DNA of 64,000 bases from Dictyostelium discoideum (GCA_000004695.1 CM000150.2:512001-576000), one strand, 5' to 3'. Counted from the first letter of the stretch, positions 1 to 10,641 are shown. The notes: generated by a model not told the origin, from the letters alone. Program-made: numbers and translations.

Positions 1-2098
1 TCCATCAGTATTTGATTATAAAATAAATCCATCAAATATTATTGTAAATGGATCTGATTTTTGTGATAGTTCTTATTCTTCAAATATTACAATTGATGGT
101 GTTATCATTCTAAATTCAAACTACCAAAAAGATGAAGACTCAATTGTAATTATTTATACTCAACAACACACGACCAAATCATTAATGAAAATTGAAACTA
201 GCAATGTAACTTCTGTTGAAATTGAAATTGTTTTTAAACCAGAACCATTAATTATAAATTCAATTCCATATATTAAAGGTGGTTTAATTATTTTAGAAGG
301 TTCAAGATTATCTTCAAATACAAATAAAAACAATAATAATAATATAATTATTAAAATTGGAAATATTACATGTTCAAACGCAATTTCAATCTCAAATGAA
401 TCAATCACATGTAATTTAAATCCGGGTATATATAATAAATCAGTTCCCTTAAATAATTTACCAGTTTCAGTTACAATTAACAATATTACAAATGAAAATA
501 CATTATTATTTAATTATGGTATGGTCAAATTAAATCCAAATAAATATAGTTTACCAGATCGTGTTTTACAATTAAATGGTGATTGTCTTGGAAATTCAAA
601 TAGTACCATAGTTTATTTAAATGGAAAAGAAACATTATTAAATGATTTAAAAATAAATAACCAAGAAACAACTTTATCATTTAAAATACCAGATGAATTT
701 AAATCAAAATTAAATGTTTCAATCAAGGTAAATGATATTTTATCAAATGAAATTCAAATTGATATTTCATTTTATGCAAGTTATTCTAATGAACAACCAA
801 GTACAAATGGTAATACAAATATAATATTCACATTATATAATATTAAATCTGAAAATTATAATAAAATACCATCAATTATTATAATTCCTGAACAAATTGT
901 AATAAATGGTGTTTCAGTAAATTCACCAACCAATCAAGATGTTCATTCGTATTCATTTTTAATTCCAGCTGGGTGTGGTAAAAAAGATATTCAAATTATA
1001 ATTGGTAGTCAATCATGTTTGTCATCAATTACATACTTTGAACCAATTATTAAAAATTGTTTAGTATCAGGTTTTGATGGTACAAATGGAAATATAATTT
1101 GTGATGGTAGTTTTGGTAATAAAGATTATTTAATTAAATCATCTGTACTTTTTTCAAATGATGAAATTGTACCACCATCAATCAATAGTACAACATTTTC
1201 GTTCCCACTAATATCAGGTTATCACAGTGATGATTTAATTTTTCAAATGTGCGGTGTTCAAAGTAAACCATTTAAATTAAACATCGCACCATCTTTGAAA
1301 AGAATCGATCAAAGTCAAATGGAAACATTGGGTGGTAAATTTTACATTCTTGGCGAATTCTTTGGTGTAAATATAAATTGTAGTGTATTTTGCAATGATA
1401 AAGAATATGAAAAAAAATTTGAAAACTCAAAGACGATTTCATTCGATTTACAAATTCCAGGTCCAAATGATATTACATGTAATTATACATTTGATAATGG
1501 AAAAAATACTGGTGATTTTAAGATTGAATATCCTTTACCATTAATAGAAAATACGAGTTCAATAAATGTAAATGGTGGAAATTTAACAATTTATGGTAAA
1601 AACTTTTATAATGTTTCAAATATCAAAGTTGAAGTTGATAATCAACTAAAATGTAATAATTTTGAATTTATTAATTTAAATAGTTTAACCTGTTTCTTAC
1701 CACCATTTAATGAAACAAGAAAACAATCATTATTTAATGATCAAAAACTATTATTAAATTCATCAACAACTATTTTTAGCAAAAAATTATTATTAAATGT
1801 TACATTTGAAAGTAAAACATGGAGTGGATATATTTTTCAATATTCAAAAGAAGAAATAAAAAATAATGATACAAGTGAAAATTCAACCAATGATATTTTA
1901 AATCATGAAAAAAATAATAATAATAATCAGAAAGATGGAAGTAGTTTAAGTAAAAAAAGTATAATATTATCAATATTATTACCTGGTTTTATTATTTTAG
2001 TAGTTTCTTTAACAATTGTTATTATTGTAATTAAAAGAAATAAAACAAAACATAGTAAAAATATGTCATCAAAAGAGAAAGAATTAATGAAACAATAA
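1..2098 (+). CDS. 5'-truncated copy 1 of a tandemly duplicated type-I membrane glycoprotein with several IPT/TIG-like extracellular repeats (tgr/'tiger'-family-like). The frame is open from window base 2 and the stop is at 2096-2098.
   Basis: Continuous ORF with no stop from position 2. The protein has about 40 N-x-S/T sequons and IPT-like segments (e.g. IINSIPYIKGGLIILEGSRL...ITCNLNPG). It has a single C-terminal TM helix (ILSILLPGFIILVVSLTIVIIVI) followed by a short basic tail (KRNKTKHSKNMSSKEKELMKQ). Nucleotides 1-2040 align almost base-for-base with 3838-5880 of the downstream gene. Confidence 0.6.
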   Translation, partial: PSVFDYKINPSNIIVNGSDFCDSSYSSNITIDGVIILNSNYQKDEDSIVIIYTQQHTTKSLMKIETSNVTSVEIEIVFKPEPLIINSIPYIKGGLIILEGSRLSSNTNKNNNNNIIIKIGNITCSNAISISNESITCNLNPGIYNKSVPLNNLPVSVTINNITNENTLLFNYGMVKLNPNKYSLPDRVLQLNGDCLGNSNSTIVYLNGKETLLNDLKINNQETTLSFKIPDEFKSKLNVSIKVNDILSNEIQIDISFYASYSNEQPSTNGNTNIIFTLYNIKSENYNKIPSIIIIPEQIVINGVSVNSPTNQDVHSYSFLIPAGCGKKDIQIIIGSQSCLSSITYFEPIIKNCLVSGFDGTNGNIICDGSFGNKDYLIKSSVLFSNDEIVPPSINSTTFSFPLISGYHSDDLIFQMCGVQSKPFKLNIAPSLKRIDQSQMETLGGKFYILGEFFGVNINCSVFCNDKEYEKKFENSKTISFDLQIPGPNDITCNYTFDNGKNTGDFKIEYPLPLIENTSSINVNGGNLTIYGKNFYNVSNIKVEVDNQLKCNNFEFINLNSLTCFLPPFNETRKQSLFNDQKLLLNSSTTIFSKKLLLNVTFESKTWSGYIFQYSKEEIKNNDTSENSTNDILNHEKNNNNNQKDGSSLSKKSIILSILLPGFIILVVSLTIVIIVIKRNKTKHSKNMSSKEKELMKQ

Positions 2099-2439
2099 TA
2101 GTAGCAATAAAAATAATTTAATAATTATTAAATTATTAAATTATTATTTATATTTAATAATTAATATTATTTGTAATAGGGAAATGGATGTATCTTCAAA
2201 ATATTTTTTATTTCTCTGATCATAAATTTGAACCTGACCGATTTTTTTCCAAATTTCAATTTCACATTCTCCCAACTCAACAAAAAGATATTACTTAAAA
2301 AACGATAAAATTATATCAAATAACAATTTTTAAAAAATAGTAATAAAAAAAAAAAAATTAAAAAGAAACATTCAATAATAATAAAAATTAAAAAAAATGT
2401 TTTTAAATTGTTGATTGTTTAGAAGTTTGTATTTTTTTT

Positions 2440-2960
2440 TGAAAATCCAATTTTAACTTTGGAGAAGTGGGTGTGTTTTTAATTTTTTTTTTTTGTAAAT
2501 CTAATTATAACTTAGGAGAAGTGGGTGTTTTTTTTTTTTTTTTTTTTTATGAAAGTGTGTTAATGTGTGATGTTTTGATTTGTTAAATGATTTTTTCTCT
2601 TTTAATTCAATTTGTTTTTTTTTAAAATACAATTTAATGTTTTTGATAGTGTGCATTTTTTATTTGTTTTTTTTTTTTTTTTTTTTGGAATGTGTGTTAG
2701 TGTACTATGTTTTATAAGTTATGTGAGTTTGTTGTGTTTTTTCAATTTATTTTATTTAAAATAAAGATAATGTTTTCGATAGTGTGTTATTTTTCAATAT
2801 ATTTTTGTTATCTGAGTTTGAAGAAGTGGGTGTTTTTTCAAATAATTATTGTTTTATGAGTGTTTTTAAGTGGTTAAGTGTGATGAAATTTTTTATTTTT
2901 GTTATTTTAAAAAAAAATACAAAGTTTTTTTGATAGTGTGTTAGTGTGTGTTTATTTAAT
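2440..2960. repeat. Degenerate G+T-rich tandem repeat of about 130 bp, three copies, in the spacer between the two duplicated genes.
   Basis: Recurring motifs: 'ggagaagtgggtgt' near 2463, 2516 and 2823; 'tgatagtgtg' near 2646, 2776 and 2932; 'gtgttagtgt' near 2690 and 2940. Each is embedded in similar 'aaaatacaatttaatgtttttgatagtgtg'-type context. Confidence 0.5.
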
Positions 2961-3176
2961 GTATTTTTATTCAATTTTTTTAATTATTTTTTAATTATAT
3001 TTGAATAAATAATAAAAAAAATAAAACATTAAAATATTTAATTTTTTTTTTTTTTTCATTTGTCAATATTAAAATTTACCAGTATAATTTATTATTTTTA
3101 CCATTCACCAATAAAAAAAAAAATTATTATTTATTTTAAAAATAAAAAACTAAATCTGATTTTAAATAGTTTTACA

Positions 3177-6100
3177 ATGGAGAAAAAATTATTAATAATA
3201 GTTATCATCTTTTTATTTTCAACTATCCAAGTATTTTGTCAAATTGATTATAGTATGTATAAAACAAAAAAACAAACTTTTAATAATTTTTTAAAATATA
3301 TTGTATTAATAATTGAAAACTTTAAATTAAAAATAGAAACATTTGTAATTTCAAATGAAACATACCTATCATACCATTTTCCAGTTGGTAGTGAATATTT
3401 TTCATCATTAAATTTTGAACGTTTCGTAGGTCCATCATTTCAACTGGATTTTGAATGTATTACTTTCAATGGTACAGTTTGTTTTTCTCAAATTAATCAA
3501 GAAAATAAAAAACAATTGTATGGTACATCCATTACCTATACAACAAAAGTAACTATTAGTTTGTATAAGAATAACCTTCCAACTCCAATAGTTTCTTCAC
3601 CTTTCCAACCTCCAACAAAAGGTGGAATCTCAATTTTAAAAGGTACCTATTTAACATTTTCTGAAAGACTTTCCTATTATGAAGTTATCTACCCAAAAAA
3701 ACAAAAGATTGTGATTTCAGATTCAGAATCATTATCATTCGATGCAACAAACGTTAAAGTTAATTGTCCACCTGGTTGTGGTTATCAAATAATTAAATGG
3801 GAGAATGGCCAATTATTTAATTTTAGTTATTCAAATCCATCAGTATTTGATTATAAAATAAATCCATCAAATATTATTGTAAATGGATCTGATTTTTGTG
3901 ATAGTTCTTATTCTTCAAATATTACAATTGATGGTGTTATCATTCCAAATTCAAACTACCAAAAAGATGAAGACTCAATTGTAATTATTTATATTCAACA
4001 ACACACAACCAAATCATTATTGAAAATAGAAACAAGCAATGTAACATCTGTTGAAATTGAAATTGTTTTTAAACCAGAACCATTAATTATAAATTCAATT
4101 CCATATAGTAAAGGTGGTTTAATTATTTTAGATGGTTCAAGATTATCTTCAAATACAAATAAAAACAATAATAATATAATTATTAAAATTGGAAATATTA
4201 CATGTTCAAACGCAATTTCAATCTCAAATGAATCAATCACATGTAATTTAAATCCGGGTATATATAATAAATCAGTTGCCTTAAATAATTTACCAGTTTC
4301 AGTTACAATTAATAATATTACAAATGGAAATACATTATTATTTAATTATGGTATGGTCAAATTAAATCCAAATAAATATAGTTTACCAGATCGTATTTTA
4401 CAATTAAATGGTGATTGTCTCGGAAATTCAAATAGTACTATTGTTTATTTAAATGGAAAAGAAACATTATTAAATGATTTAAAAATAAATAACCAAGAAA
4501 CAACTTTATCATTTAAAATACCAGATGAATTTAAATCAAAATTAAATGTTTCAATCAAGGTAAATGATATTTTATCAAATGAAATTCAAATTGATATTTC
4601 ATTTTATGCAAGTCATTCTAATGAACAACCAAGTACAAATGGTAATACAAATATTATATTCACATTATATAATATTAAATCTGAAAATTATAATAAAATA
4701 CCATCGATTATAATTATTCCTGAACAAATTGTTATTAATGGTGTTTCAGTAAATTCACCAACCAACCAAGATGTTCATTTGTATTCATTTTTAATTCCAG
4801 CTGGGTGTGGTAAAAAAGATATTCAAATTATAATTGGTAGTCAATCATGTTTGTCATCAATTACATACTTTGAACCAATTATTAAAAATTGTTTAGTATC
4901 AGGTTTTGATGGTACAAATGGAAATATAATTTGTGATGGTAGTTTTGGTAATAAAGATTATTTAATTAAATCATCTGTACTTTTTTCAAATGATGAAATT
5001 GTACCACCATCAATCAATAGTACAACATTTTCGTTCCCTCTAATATCAGGTTATCACAGTGATGATTTAATTTTTCAAATGTGCGGTGTTCAAAGTAAAC
5101 CATTTAAATTAAACATCTCACCATCATTAAAAAGAATCAATCAAAGTCAAATGGAAACATTGGGTGGTAAATTTTACATTCTTGGTGAATTCTTTAGTGC
5201 AAATATAAATTGTAGTGTATTTTGCAATGATAAAGAATATGAAAAACATTTTGAAAACTCAAAGACGATTTCATTCGATTTACAAATTCCAGGTCCAAAT
5301 GATATTACATGTAATTATACATTTGATAATGGAAAAAATACTGGTGATTTTAAGATTGAATATCCTTTACCATTAATAGAAAATACGAGTTCAATAAATG
5401 TGAATGGTGGAAATTTAACAATTTATGGTAAAAACTTTTATAATGTTTCAAATATCAAAGTTGAAGTTGATAATCAATTAAAATGTAATAATATTGAATT
5501 TATTAATTTAAACAGTTTAACCTGTTTCTTACCACCATTTAATGAAACAAGAGAGCAATCATTATTTAATGATCAAAAACTATTATTAAATTCATCAACA
5601 ACTATTTTTAGCAAAAAATTATTATTAAATGTTACATTTGAAAGTAAAACATGGAGTGGATATATTTTTCAATATTCAAAAGAAGAAATAAAAAATAATG
5701 GTACAAGTGAAAATTCAAGTAATGATATAATAGATCATGAAAAAAACAATAATACTACAAAAAATGGTAAAGGCGGTATCAATTTAAGTAAAGAAAGTAA
5801 AATAATAATTTCTGTAGTCTTACCTGGTGTTATTATTTTAATAATTTTATCGGTAGTAGTAATCTATCGTATTAGAATAAATAGAATTACACGAAATACA
5901 TATGTGAAAAAAATTAATGAAATGAAAACAATAACACCAGAAGAGAAACGAGATGAAATAGATGAATCAGATGAAATTAAAAAAAAACTTGATATTGAAA
6001 TGTCAGAATTAAGATCCAATCTATTCATACACTCAATCAGTTATACTAACACACTCAAAGAACAACAAATGGAAAGGGATCAAATCAATAAAAGTCCAAG

Positions 6101-6377
6101 TCTACAAATTCAACCACAAAATAATCAATTGAATATAATTAATAATGGTGAAGGTTCAAGTCAACAAATTCAACCACAAAGTAATCAATCAAATATTATT
6201 AATAATGATGAGGGTTCAAGCCACCAATTTCAACCTGAAATTAATCAATCCAATACAATTAATAATAGTGAAGGTTCAAGTCAACAAATTCAACCACAAA
6301 ATAATCAATTGAATATAATTAATAATGATGTGGGTTCAAGTCACCAATCTAAGCAAAATGATAGTACTGGTTGCTGA
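3177..6377 (+). CDS. Full-length copy 2 of the IPT/TIG-repeat type-I membrane glycoprotein (tgr-family-like), 1066 aa. It has a signal peptide, a large glycosylated ectodomain, a TM helix, and a roughly 180-aa cytoplasmic tail containing four 20-aa tandem repeats.
   Basis: The first ATG is at 3177 (the track's 3060 start is a TTG) and gives the signal peptide MEKKLLIIVIIFLFSTIQVFCQ. The ORF is open to the TGA at 6375-6377. The TM helix is IIISVVLPGVIILIILSVVVIY. The tail is rich in acidic residues and carries a (SSQQIQPQNNQLNIINNGEG)x4 repeat. Confidence 0.65.
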   Translation: MEKKLLIIVIIFLFSTIQVFCQIDYSMYKTKKQTFNNFLKYIVLIIENFKLKIETFVISNETYLSYHFPVGSEYFSSLNFERFVGPSFQLDFECITFNGTVCFSQINQENKKQLYGTSITYTTKVTISLYKNNLPTPIVSSPFQPPTKGGISILKGTYLTFSERLSYYEVIYPKKQKIVISDSESLSFDATNVKVNCPPGCGYQIIKWENGQLFNFSYSNPSVFDYKINPSNIIVNGSDFCDSSYSSNITIDGVIIPNSNYQKDEDSIVIIYIQQHTTKSLLKIETSNVTSVEIEIVFKPEPLIINSIPYSKGGLIILDGSRLSSNTNKNNNNIIIKIGNITCSNAISISNESITCNLNPGIYNKSVALNNLPVSVTINNITNGNTLLFNYGMVKLNPNKYSLPDRILQLNGDCLGNSNSTIVYLNGKETLLNDLKINNQETTLSFKIPDEFKSKLNVSIKVNDILSNEIQIDISFYASHSNEQPSTNGNTNIIFTLYNIKSENYNKIPSIIIIPEQIVINGVSVNSPTNQDVHLYSFLIPAGCGKKDIQIIIGSQSCLSSITYFEPIIKNCLVSGFDGTNGNIICDGSFGNKDYLIKSSVLFSNDEIVPPSINSTTFSFPLISGYHSDDLIFQMCGVQSKPFKLNISPSLKRINQSQMETLGGKFYILGEFFSANINCSVFCNDKEYEKHFENSKTISFDLQIPGPNDITCNYTFDNGKNTGDFKIEYPLPLIENTSSINVNGGNLTIYGKNFYNVSNIKVEVDNQLKCNNIEFINLNSLTCFLPPFNETREQSLFNDQKLLLNSSTTIFSKKLLLNVTFESKTWSGYIFQYSKEEIKNNGTSENSSNDIIDHEKNNNTTKNGKGGINLSKESKIIISVVLPGVIILIILSVVVIYRIRINRITRNTYVKKINEMKTITPEEKRDEIDESDEIKKKLDIEMSELRSNLFIHSISYTNTLKEQQMERDQINKSPSLQIQPQNNQLNIINNGEGSSQQIQPQSNQSNIINNDEGSSHQFQPEINQSNTINNSEGSSQQIQPQNNQLNIINNDVGSSHQSKQNDSTGC
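6098..6350 (+). repeat. Coding minisatellite: four tandem copies of a 60-bp unit encoding the 20-aa repeat in the cytoplasmic tail of copy 2.
   Basis: Units 'caaattcaaccacaaaataatcaattgaatataattaataatggtgaaggttcaagtcaa', 'caaattcaaccacaaagtaatcaatcaaatattattaataatgatgagggttcaagccac', and two more, lie in phase. The unit is absent from copy 1. Confidence 0.7.
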
Positions 6378-6709
6378 TAAATAATTAAAATAATAAAAAA
6401 AAAATAAAAAAATAAAAAAATAAAAAAATAGTAATAATATAATCCTTTTTTAAAATAATAAATTATAAACAATATTAATTTTTAATTTTTAAAATTATTA
6501 TTTTAGTATTTTCTTTTTACACCTTCAAAGCATAGGTACTTTTTAAAATTGAGATTTTTTTGTTTTTTTGTGTTGGAAAGGAGCAAAATTTGAAAAGATC
6601 TTTCTAAAAATAGAATTAATTTGAATGACAAAGTTTTTTTTTTTTTTTTTTTAAGATTTTTTTTTTTTTTTTTTTTTTATCATTTTTTTTTTTATTTTTA
6701 AAATCAAAA

Positions 6710-8050
6710 ATGAAAAACAGCTCATCAATGTTAAAAGGAGTTAAATCATTTATTGGTAGTGGAATTTATACAAACAAACCAATATATGATGTAGCAATTG
6801 TTGGTGGGGGTATAGTTGGATTAGCAACAGGTAGAGAATTATTAAAGAGGAATCCAAAATTAAAAATTGTAATACTTGAAAAGGAGAATGAAATTGCACC
6901 ACATCAATCATCACATAATAGTGGTGTAATTCATTGTGGAATTTATTATAAACCAGGATCATTAAGAGCTAAACTTTGTACAAAAGGTTCAAAGTTAATG
7001 TATGACTATTGTAATGAAAATCAAATAAACTATGAAAATTGTGGTAAATTAATTGTTGCAACTAAAAAAGAAGAATTTCAACAATTAGAACAACTCTATA
7101 AAAGAGGTATTGAAAATGGTGTACCAAATATAAAACTATTAGAATCAAAAGAACAACTATTATCAATTGAACCATTTATAAATGGTGGTTTACGTGCAAT
7201 TCATACACCATCAACTGGAATCATTGATTATAAAGAAGTCTCAAAATCATTTGGTAATGATATTACTGAAAAGTTTGGAAAAGATTCAAAATCTGAAATT
7301 AAATTAAATTTTAATGCAAAAAATTTTAAATATAATTCAAATGATAAATTATTATTAATTTCAACTGGTGATGATGATGATGATGAAGAACAACAACAAT
7401 CAATTTTAACCAAATATTCAATTGTATGTGGTGGCATGAATAGTGATAGAATTGCAAAAGTTGCATATGGTAATGATGAACCATCGATTGTACCATTTCG
7501 AGGTAGTTTTTTACAATTTAAACCAGAATTTAGACATTTGATTAAAGGTAATGTTTATCCATTACCAAATGCTTCATTCCCATTTTTAGGTGTTCATTTC
7601 ACAAAGAGGATTAATGGTGAAGTTTGGTTAGGTCCAAATGCGGTATTATCATTCGACAGAGAGGGATACAAATTCACAGATTTCAATCTACACGATACTA
7701 TTGATTTAATTAAAAATCCTGGTTTATTTAAATTGGCCAAAAAACATTGGAAATATGGCTTAGGTGAATTGTATAGAGATTTTAATAAAGATCATTTCAT
7801 TCAACTTTTAAAACCATATATGCCAAATATCACCGTGGACATGTTAGAATATGGAGGTAGTGGTGTTAGAAGTCAAGCAATTTCGAAATCTGGTGATTTA
7901 ATTGAAGATTTCATTTTTGATACACCATCAGATGTTCCAATAATACATGTAAGAAATTCACCTTCTCCTGCTGCAACCTCTTCACTTGCAATTGCAATTG
8001 AAATTGTAGATTTAGCTCAAAATAATTTTAAAAATTTAAATTCTTTATAA
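6710..8050 (+). CDS. l2hgdh: L-2-hydroxyglutarate dehydrogenase (FAD-dependent, mitochondrial type), 446 aa, single exon.
   Basis: N-terminal Rossmann/FAD motif DVAIVGGGIVGLATGRELLKR...LEKENEIAPHQSSHNSGVIHCGIYYKPGSLRAKLC is co-linear with L2HGDH orthologs. ATG at 6710. Confidence 0.88.
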   Translation: MKNSSSMLKGVKSFIGSGIYTNKPIYDVAIVGGGIVGLATGRELLKRNPKLKIVILEKENEIAPHQSSHNSGVIHCGIYYKPGSLRAKLCTKGSKLMYDYCNENQINYENCGKLIVATKKEEFQQLEQLYKRGIENGVPNIKLLESKEQLLSIEPFINGGLRAIHTPSTGIIDYKEVSKSFGNDITEKFGKDSKSEIKLNFNAKNFKYNSNDKLLLISTGDDDDDEEQQQSILTKYSIVCGGMNSDRIAKVAYGNDEPSIVPFRGSFLQFKPEFRHLIKGNVYPLPNASFPFLGVHFTKRINGEVWLGPNAVLSFDREGYKFTDFNLHDTIDLIKNPGLFKLAKKHWKYGLGELYRDFNKDHFIQLLKPYMPNITVDMLEYGGSGVRSQAISKSGDLIEDFIFDTPSDVPIIHVRNSPSPAATSSLAIAIEIVDLAQNNFKNLNSL

Positions 8051-8646
8051 AAAAAAAAAATAAAATAAAATTTAATAAAAGTACATTTTTATTTATTTAT
8101 TTATTTTTTTTTTTTTTTTTTAATTTGTTTGTTTGTTTGTTTGTTTACTACTTGTGTGTGGTTTTGATTTTTTTTTTGATGTTTTGTTGGATGATTTTTA
8201 TTTGATTGATTTCCCATACCTGAAATATGTTTTCTTTTTTTTGAAATTTTTCCTGTTATTTTTTCTTCTTTATTACAAGTAATTTCATTAATTGTTTCTT
8301 GTGATTCATTTTTTAGAGTCGTATCTTTTGTGTGTACTTTATCAATAACAATTGATTCTTGAATACTATTATTTGGATGATGGTTATTGCTGTTGCTGTT
8401 GCTATTGTTATTATTATCATTATTATCTTTAAGATCTTTAGTATTATTAACCAATTCAAGTTCTTCAGTTAATTTCTCTATTTTTCTATTATATTTATTA
8501 ATTTTTTTTTCGTTATTTAATGTATTTAATTTATTGTTAAAGTTTAATTTTCCTTTTATTTTTTTATTTTTATTTTTATCTAGTAACCTTTTATTAAAAT
8601 TATTTTAATTAGTAATGAGGAAAATAATAAAAAAATAAAAAATAAA

Positions 8647-8701
<55 letters not shown>

Positions 8702-8750
8702 CAAAACATTGTTATCTTTTTTTAATTTAGTTATTGTTTATTAATTTAGT

Positions 8751-8971
8751 TTAATATCCGTACAAACCACTACCACCAATTCTATTGGAACTATCTTGAT
8801 TTTCATTATTACGACTGTTATTATTATTGGTATTGGTATTAATACTAGTAATATCTTTATTTTTATTTTTATTTCTATTATACTTGTCTTTGTTTTTATT
8901 ATTATTATTATTTTTATTAATATTATTATTATTTTTATTATTATTAGTAGTAGTAGTTGTTGTTGTTGTAG

Positions 8972-9003
<32 letters not shown>

Positions 9004-10397
9004 GTATTATTAGTATTATTTATTCTATTATTATGTTTTTTACTATCTTCTATATAATTTTCATTAATTTTCTTATTAATTAAAGTAAAATCTAAATTTT
9101 CTTGTTGTTGTTGTTGAGATTGTGTTAATAACTCTCTAAAGTATGGTTTAAGGAAACTAAGCATTGAAGAAAAGAATTTTATACATTCACCATTTGAACC
9201 ATCAGGACGTAAAAAGAAAGGAGAAAAAAAAGTACATTTGAAAACCTCTTTTTGATCAACCCATTCTAAAAACAATTGATCAGTATGTTTCATAGAGGTA
9301 CGATCAACCGATTTAAATAAATCAGGTATATTTGAATCAAATGGTATTGGTGCACAAAATAAAACATACTTTGAATTTGGTATCCAAAATTTTTGAGTTT
9401 TTTCCGATTGAAATAGTTCTCTATACTCTTGAAGTGAATTTTCAAAGATGAAACCAGTCTCTTCATTGAATTCTCTGGTGGCGGTATCTATTGCAATCTC
9501 ACCATTTTCAATCTTTCCACCAAATGGTAAGAAAACTTCATTGGTAAGCGATGAATTTGGATTCTTTTTTCTCTTTTCAGTTCTATCTTCACATCCCATT
9601 AAAAATTTGATTTTACCTTGATCAATTGAAAATAATAAAACACCAGCTGCTTTATAATTTTTATCAACTTCATCTGGTACTATAGTAAATGATGAATTTT
9701 TTGAAAAGATACCTTGAGTTTTATTTTCTTTTTGTTGTGGTTGTTGTTGTTCATTTTGTAGTTGTTCATGTTGTAGTTGTTCATGTTGTAGTTGTTCGTG
9801 TTGTCCACTGCTATAATTTCTTTGTTGTTGTCTATATGATGAAGATGATGAAGATGATGATGAAGATGAAGATTTATAACTATTTACATAATTTTTTTGT
9901 TCATTACCATAATAATTTGCTGATCGATTATTTTGTCTACTCTCTGAATAATAGTCTCTGCTATTGTCATCATAATCCTTTGTGCTATTATAACTTGATC
10001 TTTGTTGTTGTTGTGTAGAATAATTTCTATCTTGGTCATATCCTCTGTTGTTATTATTACCATAATAATCATCTCTATAATTTTGGTAGTGTCTGCTTTG
10101 ACTGTTATGGTCAAATCTAACTTGGCCACTATTGTAGTTATCATTGTAACTGTTGTTATTGTAATTGTCGTATCTATTGTTATTATTACTATTATTATTA
10201 TTATAGTTATTATTATAGTTATTATTATTATTATTATAGTTATTATTATTATTATAATCTCTATTATAATCTCTATTATTGAAGCTATTACGATCCCCCA
10301 TTGTTGAATATTTATTAAAATTTAGAAGGAAAGGTTTGGTATTTGAAATTGAGTTTTTCAATTGAATAGTTGATAATTGAATTCTAGAAGGGATCAT
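8751..10397 (-). CDS. Nudix hydrolase-domain protein with a roughly 230-aa Asn/Gln/Tyr/Ser-rich (prion-like) N-terminal region, 548 aa.
   Basis: Canonical Nudix box G-x5-E-x7-REUxEExGU is present as GGKIENGEIAIDTATREFNEETGF. Real ATG (minus strand) at 10397. Low-complexity N-terminus includes (QHEQL)x3. Confidence 0.7.
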
Positions 10398-10602
10398 ATT
10401 TTTTTTTTTAGAAATAAAAAAAAAAATAATAGTTAATAAAAAAATATAAACTTTTTTTTTTTTTCTTTTATCTATACAAACAAAAAGATGAGTTTTTAAA
10501 TAAAGAAATTTATTATGTGTGTGTTTTGAAAAAAAAAATTGAAATGAATCTAAAAAAAGTTTTTTTTAAAAAAAAATTTCAAAACTCTTATTTTTTTTTT
10601 AT

Positions 10603-10641
<39 letters not shown>

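Noticed and set aside
3060-3176. ORF-track start of the copy-2 glycoprotein at 3060 (MSILKFTSIIYYFYHSPIKKK...). The same issue affects the track starts at 20982, 27176, 34449, 38395 and 42332.
   Set aside because: These 'M' residues are TTG or GTG codons. The biologically plausible starts are the first ATGs: 3177 with its signal peptide, 21108 (MAERVK...), 38335 (MELKEF...) and 42254 (MQAIHI...). Position 34449 is inside an intron, and exon 4 of glcS begins at 34470.
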